Source: a virus (taxonomy: Duplodnaviria; Caudoviricetes). Taken from it: a DNA stretch of 64,000 nucleotides. Below are positions 61,848 through 64,000 of this stretch, one piece after another. How positions within the stretch are numbered: position 1 is the stretch's first letter; each line of letters starts with the position of its first letter. The stretch covers positions 32,001 through 96,000 of IMG/VR virus record IMGVR_UViG_3300043120_000039, one strand, 5' to 3'. The notes under the pieces are model-generated. The model was not told the DNA's origin and ran no database searches. It worked only from the letters and a program-made list of their open reading frames with translations. Both the position numbers and the translations under genes were made by a program.

Positions 61848-63998
61848 ATGAAAATTAAAGAAACACTTTATGGTGAACCTAAGAATGGTTCCGCAAAGCA
61901 ATGGTCTGTGTTTGTTGAAGATGATAAGGTTATTGTTGAATGGGGTCGTGTAGGTGGTAAACTTCAAACTAAAGAAACTATCTGTACACCAAAGAATGTT
62001 GGCAAAGCTAATGAGACATCACCACATGAACAAGCTATGTTAGAAGCACTTGCTAAATGGCAGAAGCAACATGATAATAAACTGTACCGCACTTCAATCA
62101 AAGAAGCAGAGTCAGTTGGTAAACTTCTTCCAATGTTAGCAATTGATGGTAGCAAGAAGCCTGAAAAGATTAAGTTCCCATGTGACATTCAACCAAAATT
62201 GGATGGGTGTTTTAAATATGATACACGTATCTGGACTGATAAGGGTTACCTGAAAATAGGATATATTGTTGAAAATAGGTTACCAGTAAAAGTATACTCT
62301 AAGAATTTAAAAACTGGAAAGTTAGAGTTGAAAAAGGTGGTGAATTATTTTAATAATGGACTTAGTGATAGTGGAGATTTTTATAAAGTATTAACCGACG
62401 AGAACCAAATTATTGCAACAGGAAATCATAAAATATACACTGATAAAGGGTGGGTCTGTGTTGATAAACTAGAAGAAACTGATTGTAAGGTTTTATCTAG
62501 TAATAATCTGAAAGATTTTCAAGCTTTTATTCTCGGATCTTTATTAGGGGATAGTTGTGCAAGTTTTGAGAAGAGGTGGGGTAATTCTTATAGAATTATT
62601 TTTTCTGTATGTGATTCTGATGAGAGTTATGGTGATAGGAAGAGTGAATATTACAGTAAGATTTGTTCTGTAAACAAGTCAAGTTATACCTCTGGTTATG
62701 GGTCTAATTGTAAGAGATACACCATTGGGAAATGTACTTCATTACCATTTGACATATCCGTATTGTATGAGACCAATAAAAACTCAGATAATTATGGTAA
62801 AAGATTGGAACACCTTGATGTAAAGGAACTTAAAGATTATTTCTCAGATATTTCTCTAGCAGTGTGGTATTTTGATGATGGAACGTACCATGAAAATAAT
62901 AGTAATCCTTTAACTCCAAGACTCAGTTTATCGGTTGCAAGATATTCAGATCAAACAATAAAAGGTTTTGTAAAACTTTTTAAAGATTTATATAATGTTA
63001 AACCTACAGTAGTGACTACAGAAAAAGATAAAACCTTATGGTTTGATACCCCATCTTCTTGTTACTTATTATTTCGTATAGCATCTGTTGCAAGCGGTTT
63101 TTGTGATAGGAAATTAAAGACTTTTGCAAATGAAAAAGTGGAAATAGGTGACGTTTCTATGGAGGTTTTTAAAAAACCAATAGTTCGTAATCTACCTAAT
63201 GTTAAGTACAGTAAGTATGATATAGAAGTAGAAGATAACCATAACTACTTTGCCGAGAATATCTTAGTACATAATTGCCGTGCCATGGTATTCTTGGATG
63301 AAGATAACCAAGTGAAAGCAATCTCTCGACAAGGTAAAATTTATGAACTACATAAACAATTGGAAGATGAGCTACATTATCTGTTAACCACCAATAATTA
63401 TGAACGTTTAGATGGTGAACTCTATTATCATGGTATGAAACTTCAGAATATTGTATCTGCTGTGCGTAATAAAGAAAACCCTAATCACAGTATTATGCAA
63501 TTCCATATCTTTGATATCCCTTCAGATGAAGTATGGTCTAAACGAAAACAGACTATGTTGATGAAGGATGGTGAGTTTGTTAAATGGGTTCCTTACACAC
63601 AATGCGACACTGAATCACAACTTCAAAAATCAGTATCTGAATTTATGGCAGAAGGTTATGAAGGTACAATTGTCCGTAATCTTAAAGGTAAGTATGAGTA
63701 CAACCATCGAAGCAATGACCTTATTAAAGTTAAAGTTATGCAAGATTCAGAAGCAAAAGTAATTGCTTGCCGTGAAGATAGGAATGGTGAAGGGGTGTTG
63801 ACTTGCTATTGGAATGGTATAGAATTTGATGTGAAGATGAAAGGTTCTCACGAAGAACGTTTATATTCAGAACAATGTACACTTATTGGTCAATGGATTA
63901 ACTTCTCATATCAAGCACTGACTGAGGATGGTAAACCTCAATTTCCATCAGGTAACTATATCCGAGAATGTGACTCAAACGGTCAACCACTAGAATAA
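61848..63998 (+). CDS. lig: ATP-dependent DNA ligase with N-terminal WGR-like domain, intein-containing
   Basis: EWGRVG, PMLA, KLDG|CR, LDGELY, FHIFD, EGTIVR, KVK. Confidence 0.92.
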   Translation: MKIKETLYGEPKNGSAKQWSVFVEDDKVIVEWGRVGGKLQTKETICTPKNVGKANETSPHEQAMLEALAKWQKQHDNKLYRTSIKEAESVGKLLPMLAIDGSKKPEKIKFPCDIQPKLDGCFKYDTRIWTDKGYLKIGYIVENRLPVKVYSKNLKTGKLELKKVVNYFNNGLSDSGDFYKVLTDENQIIATGNHKIYTDKGWVCVDKLEETDCKVLSSNNLKDFQAFILGSLLGDSCASFEKRWGNSYRIIFSVCDSDESYGDRKSEYYSKICSVNKSSYTSGYGSNCKRYTIGKCTSLPFDISVLYETNKNSDNYGKRLEHLDVKELKDYFSDISLAVWYFDDGTYHENNSNPLTPRLSLSVARYSDQTIKGFVKLFKDLYNVKPTVVTTEKDKTLWFDTPSSCYLLFRIASVASGFCDRKLKTFANEKVEIGDVSMEVFKKPIVRNLPNVKYSKYDIEVEDNHNYFAENILVHNCRAMVFLDEDNQVKAISRQGKIYELHKQLEDELHYLLTTNNYERLDGELYYHGMKLQNIVSAVRNKENPNHSIMQFHIFDIPSDEVWSKRKQTMLMKDGEFVKWVPYTQCDTESQLQKSVSEFMAEGYEGTIVRNLKGKYEYNHRSNDLIKVKVMQDSEAKVIACREDRNGEGVLTCYWNGIEFDVKMKGSHEERLYSEQCTLIGQWINFSYQALTEDGKPQFPSGNYIRECDSNGQPLE
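62208..63275 (+). mobile_element. intein with LAGLIDADG endonuclease (356 aa)
   Basis: starts CFKYDT right after KLDG; block B TGNH; GSLLGD and VWYFDDG; ends ILVHN followed by Cys. Confidence 0.93.
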
Positions 63999-64000
63999 TA

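Overview
This 64 kb window is an AT-rich segment of a large lytic dsDNA tailed phage. Gene content and synteny suggest a Vibrio/gammaproteobacterial myovirus of the ICP1-like type (inferred, not searched). It holds anaerobic (nrdDG) and aerobic (nrdAB) ribonucleotide reductases, thyA/folA, a head module (terL, portal, protease, scaffold, decoration, major capsid, adaptor), an RNA-repair operon, helicase, 5'-3' exonuclease, RuvC, EndoVII, DNA ligase, lysis enzymes, PhoH, three adenine methyltransferases and many small unknown ORFs driven by sigma70-type promoters. Selfish elements are abundant: two group I introns (terL, ORF-less; nrdA, HNH-encoding), a ligase intein, four free-standing HNH nucleases and a solo TnpB. 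The main unexplained signals are: (1) a ~600-nt highly structured non-coding RNA with its own promoter and terminator (22997-23629, minus); (2) two paralogous PolA/T7-RNAP-fold proteins; (3) a transposase-less TnpB whose predicted guide lies in a decapitated gene that has an intact divergent homolog on the other side; (4) a dispersed 83-bp quasi-palindrome resembling strong gyrase sites; (5) a perfect FNR box at -41.5 of the nrdD promoter. All calls come from motif reading by eye; no database searches were run.
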